Source: Geosiphon pyriformis uo1
Lineage: Eukaryota > Fungi > Glomeromycota
DNA length: 64,000 nt
NCBI GenBank assembly: GCA_016748015.1
Contig: JAAOMT010000134.1
Coordinates: 1,494,757 to 1,558,756, forward strand
Direction of reading: 5' to 3'
Shown here: piece after piece, positions 26,330-38,900 of the stretch
How the letters are laid out: each line of letters begins with the position of its first letter
Position numbering within the stretch: the first letter of the stretch is position 1
Notes under the pieces: generated by a model
What the model was told of the DNA's origin: nothing
Databases searched by the model: none
The model's input: the letters and a program-made list of their open reading frames with translations, nothing else
Made by a program: the position numbers and the translations under genes

Positions 26330-29300
26330 CCATAGGTGGTAAGTATTCAAGTATACTAATTATTAAATATTAACTAAAGTTCTTAGGTGTTCTAGTTAAA
26401 TATAACATTGGTTTTAAACAGCCAGTTATTACCAATAAAAGCTTAATACTGTATGGCTTCCATTACCAAAACTTTGATAAGCACAATAATATTATTAACT
26501 TCAAATAAAAAGTTGTTAATTTCGCCAATTGAAGTCTTTATTGCTTTATTAGCAATAATTAATTTGAGCACTAACAGCTCAATCAACTTGGTAATTTAAT
26601 TGGTCTATAAGTTGTTATATAATATGCTGCTTGCTAAACCATTATTAAAGATAAGTTTAATAGATTGGTTATTGATTTTGGCATTGGTATATATTGTGAT
26701 AATTGGTTTAATATTAAAAGCAGCTCTATTAAATAGAGATGTTGTTACTGATTTTTCTAATTTAAAAAAGAATATAGCAGCTAGTAACTTGTTTTTGATA
26801 ATAATTGTTAATAAGATATTATTGGTAAATAGTTGTTTTGGTAATTTTAAGTTATTAAATTAGGTATTTTTTGAAATAACTAAAAAGCTTAAATAGTTCT
26901 GAGAATTCGAATTTTGGGTGTACTCATTTTCTAAATTTCTTTGACATAATCTTTAATAGCTGGTTTAATAAACTAAAAATTGGTTGGTACATAACTATTG
27001 CCAATCTCTAATTTTGTTGAATGTAAGTAATTCTTAGTTTTTGGATTCTATTTAATATTGGCACAGTATTTTGAAGCAATATTTGAATTAATTGAGATTA
27101 ATAGATTATTTGTAATTGTGATTAATATATTACTAGTACTGAAATCTAATAAATAAGAGATAAAAATATCAATTGCTATATTATTAATGCATAATAGAAT
27201 TAGTATTGGAATGGTTTTAATGATAATTGTTGATGTAGTTTGGAGTTTGAAATCTGTAATTGAAATTTTAATATTGATTTTCTGATTATTAATTATTTTT
27301 TTTTGCTTTATAGTCTATTTTTAGGTATTATTATTTACTATAGTAATAGCAAATATGTGTTTTTTGTTGTTATAATTAATTTGTTAATAATAATAATGGA
27401 CATGACTGATTTTGGAACTGATTTGAATTTTTTTAATAATTATAATATTAAGATGATTAATAAATAGCAATATTGTTAGCTAAATATCCTTCCAATTTCT
27501 ATTTAATAGAATTACTAAATTGTCTTAGTTTAGAATTTAATTTAAATAATCTATTTATTACTAAATTTATGGTTTGGATATAGTTGGCTTCAAGTTCAGC
27601 TAATTCAAAATCTTAAATGTGTGTAACTATATTTTGAAAAGTATTTGAATACAATAAGTGTATTTATTATAGCAAACTGTTATATAGGCTGCAAATAAAT
27701 TGATTTAAAATTTGTAATACTATAAAATAGTTAGTATCAACTGCTTAGATTTGATGCAGATTCCTGTAAAAGTGTTTTAAATAATTAGTAACTGCCATAT
27801 TATTACTTTGTTTAATAGTAGTAAAACCAGTTAACAGGTAATTAATGCTGTTATAATTGCTAAAATATTGTAAAAATATGACTTTGAATGTATTAAAATC
27901 TTGTGGTTTGTTTATTAGGCTTTAATATTATAAATTTGCAGTATTTTATAAAAAATATAAAATGGCTTAAAAAACTTTGGCATTGTTTTATCCATTGGCT
28001 GTAATAGCTTTTTTTATATTATTTATCCATGTTTAGATATTGTCTTTTTTATTAATAAATTTTTTAAGTTTGGTAATTAATACATATGCTATTAGTGCAG
28101 ATTATTATTGTATTATTAAAAAATAACAATTGGTGCTATTGGTAGTTGATTAATTGAGATAATTGAGATAATTGAGATAATTAAAGGTAAGTATTATTAA
28201 AAAATAAGAGTGGAATTTGGATTATTTAAGTTTTGCTGAATTTAAACAATTAAAATTTGAATTTTTAGATTATTTAAGATTGAGTTTTAATTATTATTTT
28301 CTTAATTACTGTTTTTTTTTTCTTCTGAATTAGTGTTTGTCCAATTATTAATAAATCTGAAATTTAGTTAAAATAGCAGTAATTAAAGTTTTGATAATAT
28401 TATTGGTCATGATTTAAATTTTTCAAAATAATCACTGTATGTTTCTAATAATTTGGCTTTTTTTTGGTTATTTTGAAACAATACTCATGATAATAATGTT
28501 TTTAACATGAGTATGACTGTTAATATTATCTGAATAATGCTTTTAAACATGTAATGATATAATAGATTAATAAGTAAAATAATTATTGGTTTTTTTTATA
28601 TAAGCAGTTATATTTTTTTTAAGGTTTTTGTTGGGATTTGTAGTTTTTTTTTTCTTTTATCAACAAAAATAATAAAAAATCTTTGTTTGGTATAAGTTTT
28701 AATTTCATAATTTATCTTTGTAATTATTAAAACAAAATTATGTTTTTGTAAGAAACTAATATGTTGTAGTAGCTTACTGTAGAAATTTTTAATGGTGGTT
28801 TCTGGATTTTTTTTAGCTTTTTAAATAGTGTATAATTTTTTTGTTTATGTAAAAGTTGAAGACTAATTTTGTTGGTCAATAATTATTTATTAATCCAAAA
28901 TAAATTTGGTAATATTAGAATAAGGATTTTGCAAATCTTAAATAATTTTCTTTTATGATTTTTTGGTTTGTCACTTTTTTAAATAATCGATATTAATGCT
29001 GGTTTTCTGTTAAATTATACTTTACAAGAAATACCAAATATTATAAATGATTATTTAGAGTGTTAAAACAAATAACAAATCTGTAACTTGGTGCTTAATA
29101 GCTATTAATAATAATAATTTCTGAAGGTTTGAAGTCTAAAAGTTTTGATTAAGTTTTTTGTATAATAAACAAAGATTCAATTGATGATTTTTCTCAATTT
29201 TTGTCTTTAGTATAGTGACCAGTTTAATCTGACAGTTATGCCCTTTTGGTAAGCTATTTTTAAGTTTTTCTATCCTTGTTTTATGAGTCTTTTACCAGAC

Positions 29301-29786
29301 TATTTTTGAAATCAATTAATCAGTACTTAATATCTTAATTAATTAGTAAACAACAAAAAAAAAATAATAATAAAAAATAAAAAAAGAGATAAAAAATTAA
29401 TATCTTGTCAATAGCTGTAATTAAGAATTATTAGTTTAATATAATCAAGTATCAAATTTTATCAACATAGATTTTTGATAGTGTAAAAATAATTAAAATT
29501 TCTTAATCAAATAATAACAATATAATTGGATAATAATAGATATTTTTATTGATATAAATATAATTTTATTTTAAGTTATAGAAAATTTTTTTTTAAAAAA
29601 AAAGATATTAAATAATTACTTATTGTTAACTATTGTTTTGAATGTTTTTTTTCTTTTAATATTCTTGCTATTTATACATAATTTGTATTATATAAGATTC
29701 CTTAAAATCTTTCAATTTTTTTTTATTATATTTCTTTTTTATTAGTTATTTTTCTATCTATTATGATTTTTATTCTATAAGTAACA
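26330..29786 (-). mobile_element. Highly decayed family-A element, 5' half (5' LTR 29039-29786, PBS relic, gag, protease)
   Basis: Collinear with A3/A5 gag-PR; AACAAATCTGTAACTTGGTGCT U5 motif at ~29075; LTR end CTATAAGTAACA. Confidence 0.82.
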
Positions 29787-30875
29787 GTAAAAACCATTTA
29801 TTAATTACAACTAAAATTTTAAGGTTATTCAAAAATATTGCTATATTTAGCAATAAACACAATAATTATTAATTAATTAAAAAAAATAACAAATGCTCAA
29901 TTTAAAAAATTACAAACTAAAACCATAAAGACAATTTTAGAAAAAAAAATAATAGAGTTAATTTAAAATAGAAAATTAAAAAATTTATAAGATTTAAAAG
30001 ATTTTAACAAAGTTTAATATTAAAAGAAAAAAATAATATTACTTATAAAAATAAAAATTATAATAATTAATAATAGTTAATAAAAAATAAACATAGTAAA
30101 AAAAATTACAGAATTTTTTTAAGAAATTGCAGAATTCCAAAATTTTAGAATTTTTCTTAAGAAATTGTAGGATTCCAGAATTTCAGAATTTTTTTTAAAA
30201 AATTTCAGAATTTTAAAAAATTTTGTATAATAAAAATTATATATATATAGTAATAGGATTAGAAATAAGAAAAAACAAATTCTTAAAGACTAATAGTTAG
30301 ATAAGTTAGTTATAAAATACTTCTCTTTTTAAAAAATAGTTTTTTATATTTTGAAATAGAATTATATCTATATTAATAAAATACTTATTTATTATTTTAT
30401 CTATATTATTTTCCTTATTAAATTAAAATTATTATACTTCAACTCTATTAACAATTTATACTAATAATATTTGCTATTTAATTATATTGGATCAATAGTT
30501 TTTAATTATAATTATTAACAAAATACTAATTTTTATTTTTTTTTATTTTTTTTTTGTTATTATTTACTAATTAATTAAGAAATTAAGTACTAATATTAAT
30601 ATTAAGAATAATCTAGTAAAAAATCTGTAAAACAAAGATAAAAACTTAAAAATAGCTTATTAAAAAAGCACAACTGTTAAATTAAACTGGCCTTTATGTT
30701 AAAAAAAAAATTTGAAAAAACAACTATCAAGTAAACTTTTGTTTATTATATAAAAAACTCAACTTAAAAATCTTTAGATTTGAAATTTTTCAGAAATTAA
30801 CATCAAAATTAGCTATTAAATATTAAGTTATAAGTTTGTTATTTATTCTAACATTCCAAATAATTATCTGTAACA
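29787..30875 (+). mobile_element. Decayed family-A 3' end: ORF3 tail (A5-like), PPT and 3' LTR 30037-30875 (U3 type beta)
   Basis: ACAAATGCTCAATTTAAAAAATTACAAACT matches A5 ORF3; GAATTCCAAAATT/GGATTCCAGAATT array; ends TAATTATCTGTAACA. Confidence 0.8.
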
Positions 30876-33800
30876 TTAAAAAAAGATATGTAAAATAAAA
30901 TATTTATTTACAACAATTTTTATACAAAGTATATTATAAAAAAAAAACTAAAAACACTAATATTAATAGCTTATTAAGAATAATTCAAATCTAATCTTGT
31001 ATCAATAGACATAACTACTTATTAATAATTATATTAATATTTGTTAATACTTTAGCTTAAGAAAAAATTATTTCAACAAAAACAAAATACTATACAAAAA
31101 CAAGTTTAAAATTACCTTATTTACAATGAACAATAATATTAATAAGAATACTATAATCACACTACACTATAACAAGTTAAAAAAAAATACCAAAAAAGAA
31201 ATCATTCTGTTCAATATGTATTTTAATCCAACAATAAAACACTTTAACAAAAATGCTATTTTAGAAAAAATAATTAATTTATATTATTAGCTAACAATAT
31301 ATAAAAATATCTTTAAAAATATCTTTAATTATAACTTTTGCCAAAGAAAAAAAACCAAAGTAATAGAATCACTTTAATTTATTTTAATTAAAAATTTATT
31401 TGATAAAATTAAGATTAATTTGATTGGACCTTTTTTTCTTACTTCAAAAAAAAATTAATATATTATAATAGCTATAAACTATTTTATAAAATAGCCAAAA
31501 ATTCAAGCTATTTAAGTTGTTAATACCAAAACAGTAGCTAAATTCATATACTAAGGTCTAATTTGCAAACATAGATGCCCAAAAAAATTATTACTCGATT
31601 AAAAAACTTATTTTGTTAACAATATTCTAACAAAATTAAGCCAATAATTTAAAATAAAATAATCTTTGTTATTTTTATATTATTTTTAGACAAATAAATT
31701 AGTAGAACAATTTAACTAAATATTATATAACACATTGGCAAAAATAAGTTATAAAAATATACAAGAATAAAACTTATTTATATTTTCAGTATTATTTACA
31801 TACCAAACATTAAAGCAAAATACTATTTAATTTATAGTATTTAAATTAAAAAATTTTTCTGCTTAACAAAAACAATTATCAAAGAAAACTTTGAAATTAC
31901 ATTATACTGAAAAACATACCAGCTTATAAAAACACTGAAAACCAATTATAAAACAACAATTGACAATATTAATAACTCTTAAAAATAATAATAAAAAGAC
32001 ATAATAATTATTTATTAGACCAACTAGTTAAATTTAAGATTAAAAATCAAGTATTATTATATTATACCAAAATTAAAAAACAATAATATAAAAAATTTGA
32101 TCTAAAATAGAACAAACTATTTTATATATATAAAGTTCTAAGTAATAGAGCTTATAAACTATAATTAGAAAACAGAATTTTAAAAAAACCATACATAAAA
32201 ATTGTCTAAATTTTATCATACAATACAAAAATTATTATTACTTATATTTTAATTAAGAACACAAATTTTATTAATTAAATTTGAAGATATTTTACAAGAT
32301 CTAAAACCAATTATTATATTTAAATATAGTTTATATACAAAAATCTGAATAATATAAATTAGATAAATAAATACTAAGAAAATAAAAAAAGAAAACTCAA
32401 AACACTCATAGTATAAATCTATTATACAAAATTTTAAAGCTTTCACAACAACTATTTAAAACAATTTAATAATTCACATTATTAATAAAAATCATAATTA
32501 ATAAAAAAAAATATAATACAGAAATATAAGCAAAAAAGAATAAACAAAAGTTTAACTAAAACTGAATGTTTCTATTTTTATAAATAATTAAGAAAAAAAA
32601 ATACATGGTTTTAAACAATAAAAGAAATCAAAAAATTATATACAACTTAGTCATAAAACTAAACATTAGAGAATAGACTTCTGAAATCTTCAAAATATGA
32701 AAAAAAAACTTTTATTAATATACTGGTTTTTTAAAATTGGCAAAAAACTAAATCTACAGATATTATATATAGATAATAACAAATAAATATTTAACAAAAA
32801 AGCTTTTTAAACAAGTTGAAAATTTTGTTATAAGAAACAACTTGACATTATATTATAAAACAATATATTAACTATATTTAATATTTAAATATTGTTCTAT
32901 TATACTATTAAACAATTTATTAAAAACTATTATAATTAATAACATAAGACAAATAACAAATTTTTAATTTAAAAAACTACAAAAAGCAATAATTAATATG
33001 ACAATTAAATATTATATTAAAAGAACAATTTTTAAAAATACTTATAATTTTGCAAAAGCTTAATTCTAAAAAAGAAAGATAATATTATCTGAATAAAAAA
33101 ACTAATCCAAAACTATTAAAAAAATATAATTAACATAAAATAATATAGAAAAAATATAATAATACAAGATAATACAAAATAATATAAAATAATGCAAAAT
33201 AACATAAAATAACTCAAAATAATACAAATAATATACAATAATATAAAATAGTACAAAAAAACTAATAATAACATAAAATAACTAATTATAATATAAAAAA
33301 ATAAAACAATAGCTAAAATAGCAAACAATAAATAAGAATAACAAGTAATTAAAAGCAATTTTATAAAATTAAAAAATATGTATAAAAATAAGTAATTTTA
33401 ACAAATAGAAAAAAACAGTAAAAAAACAAGAATTACTTTTCTTTTAAAAATTTTAATCTTAGCTTAATAAATTTTTATCTTATATATTTTTGAACCAATT
33501 CAATAAAATCTTATAATTTAATTTACAAATACATAATTACAACATTTTAATTGTCAAAATTAAATTAATTGTTTAACTTACTTTTATTTTAAATCAAATA
33601 TTAATAGCATAAAAATGCTTTTAAAATTTTAATAACTTAAACCAATTATTTTTAATTATAGCAATTAATGAAATATTAATTTTTTTATTTTTTTATATTT
33701 ATATTTTTTTTTGTAAAGCAAAAATATTGAAAATTAATTGTTTAAAAATAAACTTTATAATAGTCTAATAAAAAAAAAGCTTTTTTTAAGTTTGAATATT

Positions 33801-33900
33801 AACTTTATTTTATTAGCTTATTAGAAAAACAAAAAAATAATATCAAACTTCAATAATTGTGCTTATTAACTTAAAAAAAAACACAACTAAAACAACATAT
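30876..33900 (+). mobile_element. Extremely decayed Gypsy element E: RNase H tail, integrase, ORF3, probable 3' LTR from ~33083 with 10-bp AATAAYAYAA repeats
   Basis: Relics IKINLIGP, ICKHRCPKKLLLD, LVEQFN, DLKPIII; PPT AAAAAAGAAAGATAA; right LTR end not resolved. Confidence 0.7.
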
Positions 33901-34523
33901 TTAAAAAAATCATATTTTTGTGTTTTATAACAAAAAAATTAATAAACAAAATATTAGACAGAAAAAAATCTTTAAAAACTAATAAGCTTTAATATAATTA
34001 AATACAATTTTATTTGATTTATAAACTGTTTCTAACAGTAAATTATAAGCATTAAATATTATAAATATATTCTACTAAATTTGTTTATAACAACATATAT
34101 AATTAGATTATAATTAATAATATATATTTTTTTATTAATTATATTATTATTAATAAGGTAATATAATATTTGGTGCTTAAAATTCAGTAATAAAAACTTG
34201 TTTAATGAGTTAAAATATTGTTTTAAAAGTTTTTAATAGAAAAACTTTTGTTTTGTATTTATTAATTAGTCTTTAAAAGTTTTTATTATCTGAAGTTTTA
34301 TTTATTAAGTTCTTTGGTTATAAGACACAAAAATGTTATTTTTACAATTATATTAATATAATTGTGTTTTACATTGTATTAGTTAATTACAATTATAAAA
34401 AAAAAACTTCTTTCTCTTTTACCTCCAAATAATCCTCAAAAAGCGCATTTTCTGAAAAAAAAGTTTTTTAGTTTTTTTTGTTAAGTTTATATCAACATTT
34501 CTTTAACTAATAATCTTTTTGTC

Positions 34524-35957
34524 ATGGATTTAAAGACTGCTTCTAGCAGTGATATGTCTAAAAAAAAAGCACTTAAGAGTACTCTCCATGGTCTTGCTGA
34601 TGGGTTTTTCTTCCAAAAAAAAAAAGTGGTTCTTGATAATATTAAGCATTCAGGTGATAAAAAGGATATTTCTCTTGTCAAACTTGGTTCTGGTAGCATG
34701 TACTCAGACATAAATAGTGAATCAAGTTGTGGTGAGGACAATACAGTCATAGAAGGTATCAACAGTGGGTTATTTTTAGGCTTGGCAGCTACTACTTCTA
34801 AAGCAAAAAAAGTGAATTCCAGCATGGTCTTTGGGTCTCCTCTTGGCTCTTTCAATTATAAAATAGAAGAAGAAGTAGAACTCCTCCCACTTCCTCTTGG
34901 TATATCTTTGGAAAAGAAATAGATAGATCTTAAGATTGTGAAAACCTCTGTAGAAGTTTCTGTTAGAAAGTTATTTGCTTTGGATATCAATCTTTTGGCA
35001 GTGGAGGGCAAATTTGCTACAGCAAAAACTCAGTTCATTAAGAAAATTTTTTCACCAGTCAATGGTTTTGGGAGAGCCACTATTCCCTTAAAATTTGAAG
35101 GGATCATCCAATCAATGTTTACCTCTGAAAAAAGCATGAAAATGGCCATATCATTGGCCAGAGAAAAAGGGATCAACATAAACAGTGATCTTAAAAGACA
35201 AGAAATGAGATCAGATCGGACTGTGGTGATTAAAGAAATTTTCATGAATACACCTAAAGATATGATCATTGTCACAGTGTCTGAATTTGGAGAAATTAAG
35301 TCGATCAAAATTCAACTGATCAGAATGTGGCAAAAAGCTGTGGTAGAGTTTGCTGAATTAGACCAAGCTGATTTGTTAGTCTCTAAGTGGTTATTCCTGA
35401 TTGGTAAGAATTCTGTGTGCATAGCCAAAGCAGTAGAAGATCATGAGACTTGGGCATCAAAGGATCAATTCAGAATGCTTTTGTTTACTTTGCCAGTAAA
35501 AACAACAGCACATAATCTTGGAACTCTTCTGGATAAGGCTGGTGAAAAAACTTGTGTCATAAACAGATCTCTGGAAACTGGTAATAGGATTTATTGTGCT
35601 GTAGTTGGTTTTGAATTTGAGAATGATCTGGAGTCTGCCTTTTGCATAGAGCCAATTCTTGGTGGTATTAAACTTTTTTGGGCAAGAATAGATCTGGTTC
35701 AGTGTGAAAAATACAGAAAGTTTGGTCATTCTGCTATGAAATATAATGCATTTATTGCATCTTTATCTAAGCCTTCAAGAACATTTAAAAGAGTTGTGTC
35801 TGATGGACATCATTTTTAGTTGGCTAAGTTGTATGAAAAAAAAAGTGTTCTGATATCTCACCTCACTGCCTTTGGTGGCAAATCTTGGGCCCAGGTGGTC
35901 ATATTTGTTGGTCCTTCTGATGGTCTTTGTTTCAGTTCTGGTTCTGGTTCTAGTCTT
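34524..35957 (+). pseudogene. LINE ORF1, part 1 (RRM-like region, decayed zinc knuckle)
   Basis: DRTVVIKEIFMNTPKDMIIVTVSEFGEIKSIKIQL (RRM-like); CEKYRKFGHSAMKY (from CxxCxxxGHxxxxC); continues at 45908 after the TCTT TSD. Confidence 0.8.
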
Positions 35958-38900
35958 TGTTACAGATAATTATTTGAGGTCTCAAATCAAATAACAAATT
36001 TATAACTTGGTGCTCAGTATTTTAACAATGTTGATGTTACAATTATGTTAGTTGTATCTAAAAGTTTTAGAGTTGAGTCCTTTGTATAATGGACAGAAAT
36101 TCAATGACAATGTAGTTAGTTGGTGAGTTGTGTTCCTAATTTCTGTCTTCAGCTTGGTGGCTGGTTTATTCTGGCATTTATGTTCTTCTAGTAAGCTATC
36201 TGTTAATATATATATAATTTTACCCTTATTTCTGGGTTTTTTACCAGGCTATCTGTGATGTCAATTACTTAGTGCTTTAATTCTTAATTAGTTAGTTTTC
36301 AACAATAAAAATCAAAGAAAGAAATAAAAAAAAATAAAGAAATGAGCCAAGGCAATGTGCATGTTAGTATCTCGTCAATAGTCATGATCAAGAGCTATTG
36401 TTCCAGCATGGTTAAGTATCAATTACTATCAACATAAAGTGTTGATAGTGAAGAGTGGATTTGGATGGTGAATGATTTATTTATTTAATATTTGTGGAGG
36501 GAAGATTTTTCACTAAAAGATTCTAATAAAAAGATTCTGCTCTTTTTACTTCTAATGCTACTACTATATATACATAATTGATGTTCTACGAGATTGCTCA
36601 CATTCCCAAGCAATGTGCTATGATTTCTTGAACAATACTCACATTGCTGAGCAATGTGTTCTCATTTTCTAACATCATTCCACATTGCTAAACAATGTGC
36701 CATGTTTTCTGACATTGCTCTACATTGCTAAGCAATGTACTGTGATTTCTATTATTGCTTTATATTGCTGAGCAATATGCTCATATACTATATACTATTT
36801 GCTTATTGGTCTACTATTTTTCCTATATCTGTTTTCTTTTTATAAGTAACATTATCTCCTCTTTTTTAATATTAAGCTCTGTTAAAATTTTCATTTGGAA
36901 TTAGCTCTAATACTTCTTTTTCTAGTATTGTTTGTTTGACTCTGTTCTTTATGTCTTCTACTTGTGTATTGTTCATTCTTCCTCATTGATTAATGGTTAT
37001 GATTTCTATGTTAGAGTGTAACAGTATTTTTGGATAGTTCTGAAATATGTTGTGCAGTTGGTAAATTGTTCTCACATGTAGTGTTGAGTTCACCTTTTTC
37101 CCAATAAATTTTTCAATTTGCTGTATTATGTTTTGGTTAAATATCCTCTTGGATTTGTCAATATACAACTCCTGAATATTCAACTTTTGACCTAACTGGT
37201 AGTAACAGTATGATATTGGAAGTTGTTCTGTTTATTGCTTCCAATTCTCTTTTGTAAGTTCTTCTGTTAGTGCCATAATAGGTATTTTCTCAAAAGTGTT
37301 CTTTACTTTTTCTATTATGTTATCTGACCAGGTTTTATTATTTTTTGGTAACTGCTGATATAGTGTATTTTTTGTCTTTTTTTTGGTGTTTCAATAGCAA
37401 ATTGTTTGGTTGTTAAAGATAATTTCTATGTCTAAAAGTTGTTGACTTAAGGCCTGAAATAATTGTTGAGCTATGGCATGAATATGATCTGGTATTTCCA
37501 TTTTTTTTGGTTGCCTTTGTTGCATATACTGTGTCTTTATATACTCTTTTATTGTTTGATTTTATGTGTTTGGTCTAATGATTATGATTGGTTTCAGATC
37601 TTGTGGAATCTCATTTAATTAAACTAGTATTTATTGTACTCCCAATTGTGAAATGTTATTGGTAGATGATAATGCTATTTGGTGATATGGTTTCAGTTAA
37701 TCACTATGTGCTGCTTTGGTTAAAATTTTGTTGTCCTATCTTAATTTATAAGCTCTATTTCCAAGAATTTTTTCTATGTAAAATGGTCTATCTCATTTGG
37801 GGTCAAATTTTCCACTCCATTGTTTTTCTGCTTTGGTACAGTGTAATAGTACTTTGTCTCTAATCTGGAATTCAACTGGTTTATTTAGTAGTTGGTTATC
37901 GTGTCATTCTTTTTGCTTTTCTTGTGACTTTTGAATGTTGTCAGTTGCTTTTTGTCATCTGTTTTCTAGTGTTTCCATCAAGTCATATGTTCTTTTTAGC
38001 AATATTTTTTGAAAATTGTCTTCAGTTATTGGTTCTGTTGGATAAGTGTTGACTTTTATCTCAACTGGTAATGTTGCTGTTCTACCATATACTAATTCAA
38101 ATGGTGTTGCTTGTGTTGTGTCTTGCTTCATTGTTCAATAAGCAAATAATACTGATGATATGAACAAATCCCATTCATTTTGATTTTCTTAACTGATTTT
38201 GGCAATTGCTTTACACAATATTCTATTGAATCTTTCAACTAGTCCATTGGTTTATGGATGATATAGTGATGATAATGGTTTTTTTATCTCAAATCTTTGA
38301 CTTAATTCTGTTAATGTTCTATTCACAAAATAAGTTCCTTGATCTGATAGTAGTTCTTTTGGACATCCATGTCGACATATCAAATCATGATAGACAAATT
38401 CAACAACGGATTCTGCCTCTGCTCTTTGAATGGCTTTTGCTTCTGGCCATTTTGTAAGATAGTCCATAGCTACTGTAATATATCTGTTGCCTCTACTGGT
38501 GATTGTTAATAGTCCGACTAAGTCAATTCCAATGTGATCGAATGGTTGTCCCACTTTAATTGGTCTTAATGGTTTATTTGGTCTTGTTCCTCCTTTTTTT
38601 TGACAAGCATTACTATTTTGAACATATTAGATGATATCTGGATATATTGATGGCCAATAATATCTTTTTCTGGTTCTTTTTATGGTTACTTCTTTATGAA
38701 AATGCCCTGCTGTTGAATCTGAGTGCATGTTAAATAATATTGTTCCTTTTTCTGGTTCTGTGATTACTCTGGTTGGTTGATCTGGATTTTTTCTGTTCTT
38801 TTAGTAAAGTATATTTTGATGATTAATAAAATATTTTGATTGTTGTTTTATGTTGTTTTATTCCTTTTGAGATAATTTCTCTTTGAACAATTGGGTATTT

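Noticed and set aside
33116-33358. Hydrophobic membrane-protein ORF (similar cases at 24002, 26600, 32249, 42008)
   Set aside because: Antisense translations of A-rich repeats or decayed retroelement sequence; T-rich codons give spurious F/L/I runs.
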